In this document: one piece after another, positions 8,677-17,771 of the stretch
Layout of the letters: every line of letters begins with the position of its first letter
Numbering within the stretch: position 1 is the stretch's first letter
Origin: Candidatus Thorarchaeota archaeon
GTDB lineage: Archaea; Asgardarchaeota; Thorarchaeia; Thorarchaeales; Thorarchaeaceae
Assembly: GCA_016839605.1 (NCBI GenBank)
Contig: JAEOTX010000039.1
Location: 53,541 to 117,540, forward strand
Direction of reading: 5' to 3'
Length of the DNA: 64,000 nt
Translations under genes and position numbers: made by a program
The notes under the pieces: generated by a model
Told to the model about the DNA's origin: nothing
Database searches by the model: none
The model's input: the letters and a program-made list of their open reading frames with translations, nothing else

Positions 8677-10575
8677 TTACTTCTGCCTGAGAAGCACGAA
8701 GCCACCGACTAGGATGACCACTGCAGCACCAACAGCGCCTCCAACAATCGCCAGTGTAGGATCGAATGGCGGCGGGGGTGGAGGTGCAGTTGTGGTAGTA
8801 GTAGGCTCTGTCGTTGTGGTAGGCTCTGGATGATCAATCCCATATGCCCAATCCCTGCGGGTCAGCTCGGTGAACTCAGCGTCGATGTATTCCGTCACAG
8901 TGAACGGACCTGGTACGACGTACGGATCACCACCCTTGATTGGGTCCCATTCATTCCATCCTTCCAAGCCATAGGGCTCAATGACATGCTGTGGCAGTGG
9001 GAATGTCCTAAATGCTACATTCTCAAAGTTCCAGAATGACTCAGTGTCCAACTCAACTACGAACTGGAATGGTGCGGCTGCGTATGCAGCTGTCATGGAC
9101 TGAATAGTGGCGCTAGCGCCATTGGGATTGCCGTATGCTAGACCGTCCTTGAAGTAGTTGAAAGTAAAGGCGAAGTCTTCAGCAGTGATTAGATGGCCGT
9201 CACTAAAGGTTGCATTCTGTATTAAGTTGAATACAAACCTGTGGTTGCCCACTGGTACTACGTCAGGATGGGTATCGTGGGTTTGAATCTCCCAAGACTC
9301 TGCCCAAACTCCGACATACTCGGCGTTCTCATCCTTTTCAACCAGACCTGGCCACATCTCGAAGAGAATGGCCCAGGTGTAGTAACCAACACCCGACATT
9401 GTGTTGAAGCTGTCAATGTCTATGGAGGAACTCACATAGAAGGTACCGCCATAAGGTCCGCCCTGGGATTCCTTCAGGTGTACTTTCATGCTGGTCCAGA
9501 AGTTTGGAACGTTTGCACCTAGCTGTGCAACGTGGCCCTCCCACTTGTCTGTTCTGATGGCAGAAAAGGCCTTGTTGTTGTAGGCAGTGACTCTAGGACA
9601 TTCGTAATGGAGAATCTCCTGCATCTGATGAGCTGTGGAAAGCACCGTTGCCTCATCTTTGGCAGTAAGGAAAGTGTCCATTAGAGCGTCGAAAGTGGCG
9701 TTTCTGAAATTCGGTGAGTTGTAATAGTCTACACCATAATACCCACCGTAGAAGTCGCCGTACAGGTGATACACAGCGTTGAAGAAGTCCTCTCTAAAGC
9801 TGTATCCATAGAAGGTCACCCACCAATCTGGATCATGGAAGTTCAGACGACTCACATACTGATAGAAGTCGGTCATTAAGGGTTCAGCCTCAATGCCGAT
9901 AGCACTGAAAGCACCGGCACCGATTATTGCAGCCTGACTTGACTGGAAATCTGCGCCGTGACCAGCAACCTGGACAATACCGATTTCTGAACCATCAGGA
10001 TTCTCACGCCAACCATCAGCATCGACATCAAGAAGTCCCGCTGCATCTAGTAGGTCGTTAGCAATGTCTAGATTCTCTTCATAGTAGTAATATGTGAATT
10101 CTTCTTCAGCAGTCCAAGGTCCTGGGGGAACATTAGCGTCCCATGGCCGCGACTCACCGGCCCAGAGCACCTCAGAAATCTCGTACTTATCCAATGCATA
10201 TGCATAGGCCCTTCGTACACTGGTTATATTGAGGGGGTACCTGTCACAGTTGAATTCATAGAAGCCAAAACCATTTCTCCAGTCGCCAAATGCTTCCACG
10301 TCTTCCGCCGCTGTGAGCTGAGGCAAATAGGTTGTATCAATTGATGACTCCCAGATCATATCTACCTCACCATTGATAAGCGCCAACATCTGTTGCTCGG
10401 TATTTGGTTGTACCTTGAACACCATTTTATCAATATATGGACCATTCTTGGCTTCGCTTGGAAGTCCAGAATATGGTAATGTTTGCGCTGTAGCAAAAAT
10501 CGGCGAAATAGACATGAAAAGAAAGGATCCAACAAAGAAAATAGCAAAAGCTACTCTTATTCGATTACTTAACAT
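8677..10575 (-). CDS. oppA: Peptide/oligopeptide ABC transporter substrate-binding protein (family 5), C-terminally anchored
   Basis: Signal peptide; GPYIDK; VRRAYAYALDK; ATFSDGHLITAEDFAFTF; PTTTT/PPPP linker plus TM anchor and basic end. ORF track extends to 10623. Confidence 0.85.
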   Translation of the reverse strand: MLSNRIRVAFAIFFVGSFLFMSISPIFATAQTLPYSGLPSEAKNGPYIDKMVFKVQPNTEQQMLALINGEVDMIWESSIDTTYLPQLTAAEDVEAFGDWRNGFGFYEFNCDRYPLNITSVRRAYAYALDKYEISEVLWAGESRPWDANVPPGPWTAEEEFTYYYYEENLDIANDLLDAAGLLDVDADGWRENPDGSEIGIVQVAGHGADFQSSQAAIIGAGAFSAIGIEAEPLMTDFYQYVSRLNFHDPDWWVTFYGYSFREDFFNAVYHLYGDFYGGYYGVDYYNSPNFRNATFDALMDTFLTAKDEATVLSTAHQMQEILHYECPRVTAYNNKAFSAIRTDKWEGHVAQLGANVPNFWTSMKVHLKESQGGPYGGTFYVSSSIDIDSFNTMSGVGYYTWAILFEMWPGLVEKDENAEYVGVWAESWEIQTHDTHPDVVPVGNHRFVFNLIQNATFSDGHLITAEDFAFTFNYFKDGLAYGNPNGASATIQSMTAAYAAAPFQFVVELDTESFWNFENVAFRTFPLPQHVIEPYGLEGWNEWDPIKGGDPYVVPGPFTVTEYIDAEFTELTRRDWAYGIDHPEPTTTTEPTTTTTAPPPPPPFDPTLAIVGGAVGAAVVILVGGFVLLRQK

Positions 10576-10763
10576 GTTATCTCTATCTCCTATCTCCGAG
10601 TCGAAATCGGATGGCTCTGGCACTCAAAATGCTGATAAAAGTGTTATGATGTGATGAGTAACACTATTAACCTGCAACAGAAATATCAACTAGAATTGTC
10701 AAGAGTAATAAAGGATGACACTGCATATCATCCATCCAACTTCTTGATTCGCAGGTCATGACC

Positions 10764-11825
10764 CTAGCCGTATTTAATGCGCGGGTCTAGGAACCCATAC
10801 AAGAGGTCAGCAATAAAGTTCGCCAACACCGCCGTAATTGCGACTATCATGAAGATGGCCTGAACGACGGGATAGTCCAATAATAATAGGCTGTCGAAGA
10901 TATACCGTCCAAGGCCAAACCAGTTGAAGACGGTTTCCGTCAGTGTTGCTCCATTAATTAGGAATCCGAAAGTAATTGCAATTGCTGTTACCATAGGAAG
11001 CATTGCGTTCTTCATACCATGCTTGTACAGGACTTGGTTCTCGTCAAGTCCCTTTGCCCTTGCCGTCAGTATGTAGTCTTCAGTCATTACGTCTATCAGG
11101 TTATTTCTCATGTAGAGGAAATATCCACCATAACCGCCTATTCCCAAGGCAATCATCGGGAGTAGCAGATGGAGAAGGATATCGCCAGCGATTGCTAGAG
11201 CACCAAACGGCTGGTCCTTAAAGGCAATCCAGACCTCGTAGCTTATCGTTCCTCCCGAAGGAAGTCCAATGCCGCCATCGATTAATGTCGAGGTCAAGGC
11301 TGGCAGCATATACGCGAAGAAGAATAGTAGTATCATTCCCAGCCAGAAGACGGGAAGGGAAAAGGTGAACAAGGCCATTGTGACAGCCCCGACGTCCTTC
11401 CGTGAGCCAGGATCTCCCGCTGCTTTGACACCAGTCCAAATCCCTAGAATAATTGCAACTATCGAGGACGTACCCATTAGAAGTAGTGTATTGGGCAAAC
11501 GAGCCATAATCTCATCTATCACAGGCCTCTGACTTTGAAATGAAAAACCGAAGTCTCCGCTGAACATGTTCACAATATACCGCCAGAACATGTAGATCCA
11601 ATCAAAGATGTCTGGATCTGGAACTAGTCCATAGTTCTGATAGAGCAATTGAAGCGATTCATATGGCATTGTAGCCCTTTGCTCCGGGGCTATCATGAGG
11701 TCCAGCGGGCTAACACCAAACAGAAAGGTTGGAAGTCTGAATATGAAGAAATTGAAGCAGATAACAGCTACTATGAGAAGAAACACGTAGATAGTTCTTC
11801 TAATCACGTACTCTCGTAGGCCCAT
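10764..11825 (-). CDS. oppB: Peptide ABC transporter permease
   Basis: GDFGFSF, RLPNTLLL, EDYILTARAKGL (EAA loop), TETVFNWFGLG, LDPRI. Confidence 0.92.
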   Translation of the reverse strand: MGLREYVIRRTIYVFLLIVAVICFNFFIFRLPTFLFGVSPLDLMIAPEQRATMPYESLQLLYQNYGLVPDPDIFDWIYMFWRYIVNMFSGDFGFSFQSQRPVIDEIMARLPNTLLLMGTSSIVAIILGIWTGVKAAGDPGSRKDVGAVTMALFTFSLPVFWLGMILLFFFAYMLPALTSTLIDGGIGLPSGGTISYEVWIAFKDQPFGALAIAGDILLHLLLPMIALGIGGYGGYFLYMRNNLIDVMTEDYILTARAKGLDENQVLYKHGMKNAMLPMVTAIAITFGFLINGATLTETVFNWFGLGRYIFDSLLLLDYPVVQAIFMIVAITAVLANFIADLLYGFLDPRIKYG

Positions 11826-11980
11826 CGGTAGACTCTCCACAGTCCTGTTTGGTAGTACCTAGCTTCACTAAGTACTAGGCTGCTTGGTAGTACAGAACTC
11901 GCTTCCTAATAAAGATGATGTTCAAAGAGTTCTGAAAAGGATGAGAGAAAGAGGCTTAGGTGCCTCTTCCTCAATATTGT

Positions 11981-13561
11981 TTATCTCTCTCGTAATCTTG
12001 GATTTAACACCTGATCCAATGTGTGGCCAATGAAGGTGAATGCTAGACTAATTGCGGTTATCATCAGTCCCGGAAATATCACCACCCACCATGCACCATT
12101 TCCGAAGGCACCGCCGATCTGAGCATCTGCCAACATCCGACCCCAGCTTGGTTCACTAGGATCAGTCAGGCCAAGGAACGAAAGCGCAGACTCGGACAGA
12201 ATAGCTGCTACTACGCCCAAAGTAACATCAGCGAATAGGAGCGGTGTCACATTAGGCAGAATGTGCTTGAAGATGATATACGTGTCTGTGGCTCCAATCG
12301 CACGTGCAGCCTCCACGTAGCTCTTGTTCTTCTCGGCCAATACTTGAGACCGGATTAGTCGCGAGGTTCCTGTCCATCCTAGAATCACTATCACTATAAT
12401 TATGGTGTCTACTGATGGACCCAAGAACGCCGCGAGGACCATAAGAAGTGGTAAGCGCGGTATGACCAAAAGGAAGTCCACTACACGCATGGTGACTTCG
12501 TCAACCTTCCCACCAAAGTAACCTGATATCATCCCAACGGCAACGCCTACTGCAGTGGACAGGGAAGCGGCAACAAGACCAATGTACAATGAGATTCTTG
12601 AACCAAATAGCAACTGACTCCAAGCGTCAGCCCCTTTGTCTGTTGTGCCAAGTATTCCAAAGTAATCGCCGAAAGCTACACACTCCATATGTGTGATGGT
12701 CGCCGTCACCGAACCGTTGTAGTATGTCCATGGCTCTGGACCTGATGCGGAGCTTGTAAACAAATATGTAGGTGCGATGCCAACAGCGACTGTAAGGCGG
12801 TCAGTTGGATCCTCCTGCCCATCACCTTCATCTATCATGCCGTCCCAGCCCTCCACTATATCAAGGAAACCGAGGTCAACGGGCCTATCAACGTGACTTC
12901 CCGTATAGGGGGGCACAGAGTCGAAGATTCTTGTCCAATTGCCAGAAGAATCAATTACCCAGAGCATTAACTCGAACATCTTGCCACCATACTCGTTAGT
13001 AAGAAAGTCCCCTGTTGTCACTATATTGTAGCTAACAGTAATGTTCACATCTTTTGGAAGACGCTCATATTCCCACGTAAACGTCTGGGCGTAGTAGATA
13101 AAGTCCAGTGTGTCGGGTAAATCCCCGTTGGGATCTGGAGGCGATCGGAATTCAATGCTTGTGTTAGCAATATGTGTCCATTCGAAGGTCACATTGCTAT
13201 TCTCAGCCGGTGAAGCCGCAAAGTTCCGTGCACCAGTGAATTCTCCTGAGCTGCCCTCAACGACTATCTCACCAATTGAATCAGAGTCCAGATTCGGATC
13301 TAGCAGATAGTTCTTAGTGACTACTCCCGTGGGGTCGAAGATTTCCGTCCACTGTGGCGCCATGAATCTTGGGCCAACCTTGATAGACGGGGATGGGTCG
13401 TGAGTGGCAAAGATTGGAGCTCCAACTGCCATGACTACAAATAGGACCAGTGCAAGGACTCCAATTACTCCTATTCTGTGCTTGCGAAATTCCCGCCAAA
13501 ATCCAGTGATGCTAATATACCAGCCTGTACCTCTCAAACGTCCTTCTTTTACATCTGACAA
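11981..13561 (-). CDS. oppC: Peptide ABC transporter permease with large extracellular insertion
   Basis: LGTTDKGAD, GSRISL, YVEAARAIGA, HILPN, PSWGRML, LNPRLR. TTG start at 13561 follows GGAGG; ORF track extends to 13624. Confidence 0.9.
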   Translation of the reverse strand: MSDVKEGRLRGTGWYISITGFWREFRKHRIGVIGVLALVLFVVMAVGAPIFATHDPSPSIKVGPRFMAPQWTEIFDPTGVVTKNYLLDPNLDSDSIGEIVVEGSSGEFTGARNFAASPAENSNVTFEWTHIANTSIEFRSPPDPNGDLPDTLDFIYYAQTFTWEYERLPKDVNITVSYNIVTTGDFLTNEYGGKMFELMLWVIDSSGNWTRIFDSVPPYTGSHVDRPVDLGFLDIVEGWDGMIDEGDGQEDPTDRLTVAVGIAPTYLFTSSASGPEPWTYYNGSVTATITHMECVAFGDYFGILGTTDKGADAWSQLLFGSRISLYIGLVAASLSTAVGVAVGMISGYFGGKVDEVTMRVVDFLLVIPRLPLLMVLAAFLGPSVDTIIIVIVILGWTGTSRLIRSQVLAEKNKSYVEAARAIGATDTYIIFKHILPNVTPLLFADVTLGVVAAILSESALSFLGLTDPSEPSWGRMLADAQIGGAFGNGAWWVVIFPGLMITAISLAFTFIGHTLDQVLNPRLRER

Positions 13562-13737
13562 AGGGCAACCTCCGTTACAGGGGCTCAGGAGATACCAGCA
13601 ATAGAACTGGTGCTCTTGAGTCATTTAATGACTTTGAGGTGCGCTAACGGACCTATAAAAAAGGCTTCGCTTTCTAGTATATGTTATTAGTTTAACGGAA
13701 CCAGCAAGAAATAACTCTGGACAAATGACCATAATCG

Positions 13738-14094
13738 CTAGTTGGTTTCATCAAAGGACTCGCTGAAGGGATCAGGACCAACAATATCATCTTCATCAAT
13801 CCCCTCCTCGGATATTGTGTCGCCTTGGTCATTCAACCTTGCCTCTCGTTCCTTCATGATTTGTTTTGTACGTCTTGCAGAAACCCAGAGATCAGCAAAG
13901 ACCATTCCCACTAGGAACACTGTGAGTGAGCCAGTAAGAGCGATGACTGTCCCTATGAATCTAAAATAGGGATGCGTCAAGTTCAGAAGCAGACCCCCGA
14001 CCATGAGAATTATCGGAATGAGTAGTATTCGCTTTTTTGGCTCCCTTTTAGTTCTTGGAAATGCTTTTACTTCCATAGCGACCATTGACTGCAA
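13738..14094 (-). CDS. Small 2-TM membrane protein with acidic tail
   Basis: Two hydrophobic helices and an acidic C-terminus; start uncertain. Confidence 0.6.
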   Translation of the reverse strand: MQSMVAMEVKAFPRTKREPKKRILLIPIILMVGGLLLNLTHPYFRFIGTVIALTGSLTVFLVGMVFADLWVSARRTKQIMKEREARLNDQGDTISEEGIDEDDIVGPDPFSESFDETN

Positions 14095-14376
14095 TCAATT
14101 TGGCCCCTTTTACGGTTTTCGAACTATCCTCCCTTTTGAATCGTTTAGCTTCGCTAGGCCTTTTCTCATCGTATATGTAATAAAAATAAGAATAGTGAGG
14201 AAATTTAGTTCCCGGATGTGTTATGCTGGATTTGAGCTTGTGAATGTCATGTATTCATTTGTACTCTGGTGCTTTTGCCGTTAGGTATTTAAGATGTACA
14301 CTTGACCCCCCTGATTTAGTAGGGATAGGATTAGATATCCGAGACAAGAATCCGACTCCCAGCGGAGATAGGAATC

Positions 14377-15366
14377 ATGCCGCTCCTTGACATTAGGAAT
14401 CTACGGATGTATTATGAAACACAGCAAGGTCTAGTGAAGGCGGTAGATGACGTCTCTCTTACCATTGAATTGGGCGAGTCTATTGGACTGGCTGGTGAGA
14501 GCGGCTGTGGGAAAAGCAGTCTTGCATACTCCATAATGCAGCTTCTCCCTGTAGCTGCGAATATAGTGGGAGGCAACATCTACTTCAAGGGAGAAGACCT
14601 GTTGAGCAAGAGCGCAAAAGAAATGCGGGATGTCAGGTGGAAGAATGTCGCAATCGTTTTCCAAGGTGCGATGAACGCACTGAACCCAGTGTTTGAGATA
14701 GGTGAACAGATTGCAGAAGCGATTCTGATGCATGAGAACGTGACTGAAGAAGAGGCGCTCGATAGATGTGCCAAATTGTTTGAGATGGTTGGTCTTGATG
14801 CAAGTAGAATTCATAATTATCCTCATGAGTTCTCAGGTGGAATGCGGCAAAGAGCGATGATTGCAATGGCTCTTGCTTGTAATCCGGATTTGGTGATCGC
14901 AGATGAGCCTACCACAGCCCTGGATGTTACGATTCAGGCACAGATTCTGAAATTGATGCAGAAACTGCAGAAAGACCTTGGACTCTCATTAATCCTAATC
15001 ACTCATGATCTCAGTGTCATTGCGGAAACCTGTGATAAGACAGCTATCATGTACGCGGGTCAGATTGCTGAGCTAGCCGATGTCGTTTCTGTGTTTAAGG
15101 AGCCAATCCACCCATACGCCGCAGGCCTTGTGGGTGCAATTCCAAGTATGATTAAAGCTGAGAAGAAGAAACTAACATCTATTCCAGGATCGCCACCTAA
15201 CCTGATAATTCCGCCTACAGGCTGCAGATTCCATCCGCGCTGTCCTTATGCTCAGGACATCTGTTCCAGGGAGCAGCCATCATTTGATGAGATTGACCCT
15301 GGCAGGTTCGTTTCTTGTCACTTCGCTGAGCAGCTGAAGGGTGAGATCAAAGTAGAGTTGGAGTAA
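14377..15366 (+). CDS. oppD: Peptide ABC transporter ATP-binding subunit
   Basis: [29 protein letters not shown]-terminal GCRFHPRC Fe-S motif. Confidence 0.95.
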   Translation: MPLLDIRNLRMYYETQQGLVKAVDDVSLTIELGESIGLAGESGCGKSSLAYSIMQLLPVAANIVGGNIYFKGEDLLSKSAKEMRDVRWKNVAIVFQGAMNALNPVFEIGEQIAEAILMHENVTEEEALDRCAKLFEMVGLDASRIHNYPHEFSGGMRQRAMIAMALACNPDLVIADEPTTALDVTIQAQILKLMQKLQKDLGLSLILITHDLSVIAETCDKTAIMYAGQIAELADVVSVFKEPIHPYAAGLVGAIPSMIKAEKKKLTSIPGSPPNLIIPPTGCRFHPRCPYAQDICSREQPSFDEIDPGRFVSCHFAEQLKGEIKVELE

Positions 15367-15373
15367 TGCAAAG

Positions 15374-16429
15374 ATGACAGCCGATGAATCAAGCGTGTTT
15401 CAGCAATCAGCCAATGTACGAGAGGGCGAACCTCTAATAGAGGTTAGAAACCTGAGAAAATGGTTTCCAGTGAACACAGGGTTTCTTTCATCTATTCTTT
15501 ACAAGCAAGAGTTGTTTGTAAAGGCAGTAGACGGAATCAACTTTGATATTGTTAAAGGAGAGGTACTAGTACTAGCTGGCGAGTCAGGATGCGGAAAGAC
15601 CACAACAGGGCGATGCATCCTCTATTTGGAGCTACCAAGTGATGGTCAGGTAGTCTATGCCGGTCGCGACTTGGCAACACTGGACAGAAACGAGATCAAG
15701 GAATTGCGCAGGAGAATGCAAATTACTTTCCAAGATCCTTATGAATCGCTCAATCCGAAAAAGAGCATCTACAGCATAGTTTCAGAGCCCTTGACAGTGC
15801 ACAATATTCCACTTTCTCCTAGTCAAAAGAGACAGCGTGTGCTGGAAGCAATGGAGAGCGTTGCACTTGTCCCCGCAGAAGACTACATTGACAGATACCC
15901 ACACGAGCTGTCAGGTGGGCAGCGTCAGAGAATATCTGTGGCACGAGCGCTTATCCTTCATCCAGAGTTCATGGTAGCGGATGAGCCGGTATCAATGCTT
16001 GATGTGTCTATCCGAGCAGAAATCCTGAACCTTCTGCTGAATATTAGGGAGCAATTTTCTCTGACCTATCTATTCATCACCCACGATTTGGCTGTTGCCA
16101 CTTACATTGCGGACAGAATTGGAATCATGTATCTCGGAAAAGTCATGGAGATTGGACCTTCTCACGAGGTCGCTTTCAATCCATTGCACCCATACACCCG
16201 AGCACTCATATCAGCAGTGCCATCTGGTGACCCCACAGTGAAACGGCGAATTGAATCACTGAAGGGCGAACCTCCAAGTCCCATCAATGTTCCGCCCGGC
16301 TGTAGGTTCCATCCTAGATGTCCTTATGCACAGGAGATATGTGTGCGCGAAATACCAGAAGACAGAGATATGGGGGAGGGCCATTTTGTTGCCTGCCACT
16401 TCGCCGGTGAATTGGGCGACGCTCCTTAG
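15374..16429 (+). CDS. oppF: Peptide ABC transporter ATP-binding subunit
   Basis: [48 protein letters not shown]. Confidence 0.95.
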   Translation: MTADESSVFQQSANVREGEPLIEVRNLRKWFPVNTGFLSSILYKQELFVKAVDGINFDIVKGEVLVLAGESGCGKTTTGRCILYLELPSDGQVVYAGRDLATLDRNEIKELRRRMQITFQDPYESLNPKKSIYSIVSEPLTVHNIPLSPSQKRQRVLEAMESVALVPAEDYIDRYPHELSGGQRQRISVARALILHPEFMVADEPVSMLDVSIRAEILNLLLNIREQFSLTYLFITHDLAVATYIADRIGIMYLGKVMEIGPSHEVAFNPLHPYTRALISAVPSGDPTVKRRIESLKGEPPSPINVPPGCRFHPRCPYAQEICVREIPEDRDMGEGHFVACHFAGELGDAP

Positions 16430-16521
16430 TTCTGAGCCACCCAAAGGCCAATTAGCATTCAAGTCTCACTCAATACCTAAAGCACATATGCAACCATGGA
16501 ATTGCTCCTCGAGGAGATGAA

Positions 16522-16959
16522 ATGAGGGATACAACTGATCGATCCAAGTTTCTCAAAGCTATCAAGAAATGTCTCTCAGATGCTCATGGGTTCTTCCTAG
16601 ATACGATGGATGCTCTTGATGACATAGGAAAAGCTTCATCTCGCACAGCTATGACTGGAATCTTTGGGGGATTCGTATTGAAGAGTTCAGAAGAAAACTA
16701 TAGAACTGCTATATTGAAACTAGATGCTGCTGAGAAAGCTCTATACCCCCTAGCAAGAAGGGTCCGTGATGGCAGGGTAAATGAGTCGCATTTCAACAAT
16801 CCCGAAGCCTTGCTCCTGCTAAGAGATATTGTAGACTTCGACTACGGAATTTTAATCCAGTTCCTCTCAGAACGGAAAGGACGTGATTCCGTTTGGTATC
16901 GCCTAAGAGACTTGAGCAAGAAGATTGAGGAAATCTTCGATCTAGTTGTGGATGCATGA
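16522..16959 (+). CDS. Hypothetical helical protein
   Basis: 145-aa ORF with GAGGAG upstream; no recognised motif. Confidence 0.7.
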   Translation: MRDTTDRSKFLKAIKKCLSDAHGFFLDTMDALDDIGKASSRTAMTGIFGGFVLKSSEENYRTAILKLDAAEKALYPLARRVRDGRVNESHFNNPEALLLLRDIVDFDYGILIQFLSERKGRDSVWYRLRDLSKKIEEIFDLVVDA

Positions 16960-17069
16960 TTACTGACTGACTAGACTGTCTAGCCAACAAGAATAATAAC
17001 ATATCATGAACAGTCAGTATTGTAGGGCAAAGACTCGAGAGCTGTCAAAGTTCGGAGAGAGTAGCACAC

Positions 17070-17771
17070 GTGACTATGCAATTATCCGAAGAACTGGAAA
17101 AAACGGTTGAAGTCATTCGAGGAATCTTGAGAAGGCTTTCCGACCTCAACAAGGCATTAGAACCACTTGAGAGTGAGCTCAGTGCAGCGGACTTTGCTCA
17201 GAGTGGGATTTATGTTATTGGGGCGTCAGCAGGAGTGGTCTGCTTTCCAACAGTACTCCTTGAGGGGGACCCATTGAAGCCAATCCTTGAACATGCCAGA
17301 GCACGAGAAGCAAAGATGCCATCAATCGTTGAGGCGGGTGACCCTGAAGAATCGAGGAGCACCTGCGATCGAGTGATTAGGATGCTAAAGAGAGAGATTT
17401 GGAACAAAAGGGAATCTATCCTAAAGCCCAGCTTCTTGATTGTGATCAGATGGGACCATTTGTTTGAAGACTTGGAAATGAACAAGACTGTCATTATTGG
17501 ACGTCGCTATTATTCAGGATCAGAAGATAGCTTAAGGAGACTGATCAAGAATCTGAAGAAAATCGGACTGTCTGTAATTGAAGACTCCGGCCAGTATGGC
17601 GGAGGACCCATGACGTATGAATTCGTGCAAGAATTCTCCAAATCAAGGTCTTTGGTAGTTGTGCAGCTCACATTTTCAAAAAGCGTTGCAACAGATGAGA
17701 CGAAGATTTTGGCAATGCTAGAGATGTTGTCATCTTTCCAGGTGCAATCCCATGACAGATATAGTTCCTGA
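17070..17771 (+). CDS. Hypothetical protein; possible degenerate N-formylglutamate amidohydrolase-like fold
   Basis: N-terminal coiled coil; VIIG..., GLSVIEDSGQYGGG and VVQLTF resemble the FGase C-terminal motifs. Overlaps the start of the next gene. Confidence 0.55.
   Translation: MTMQLSEELEKTVEVIRGILRRLSDLNKALEPLESELSAADFAQSGIYVIGASAGVVCFPTVLLEGDPLKPILEHARAREAKMPSIVEAGDPEESRSTCDRVIRMLKREIWNKRESILKPSFLIVIRWDHLFEDLEMNKTVIIGRRYYSGSEDSLRRLIKNLKKIGLSVIEDSGQYGGGPMTYEFVQEFSKSRSLVVVQLTFSKSVATDETKILAMLEMLSSFQVQSHDRYSS

Noticed and set aside
8766-8830. Short tandem repeats near the oppA 3' end
   Set aside because: They encode the ordinary Pro/Thr linker before the membrane anchor.
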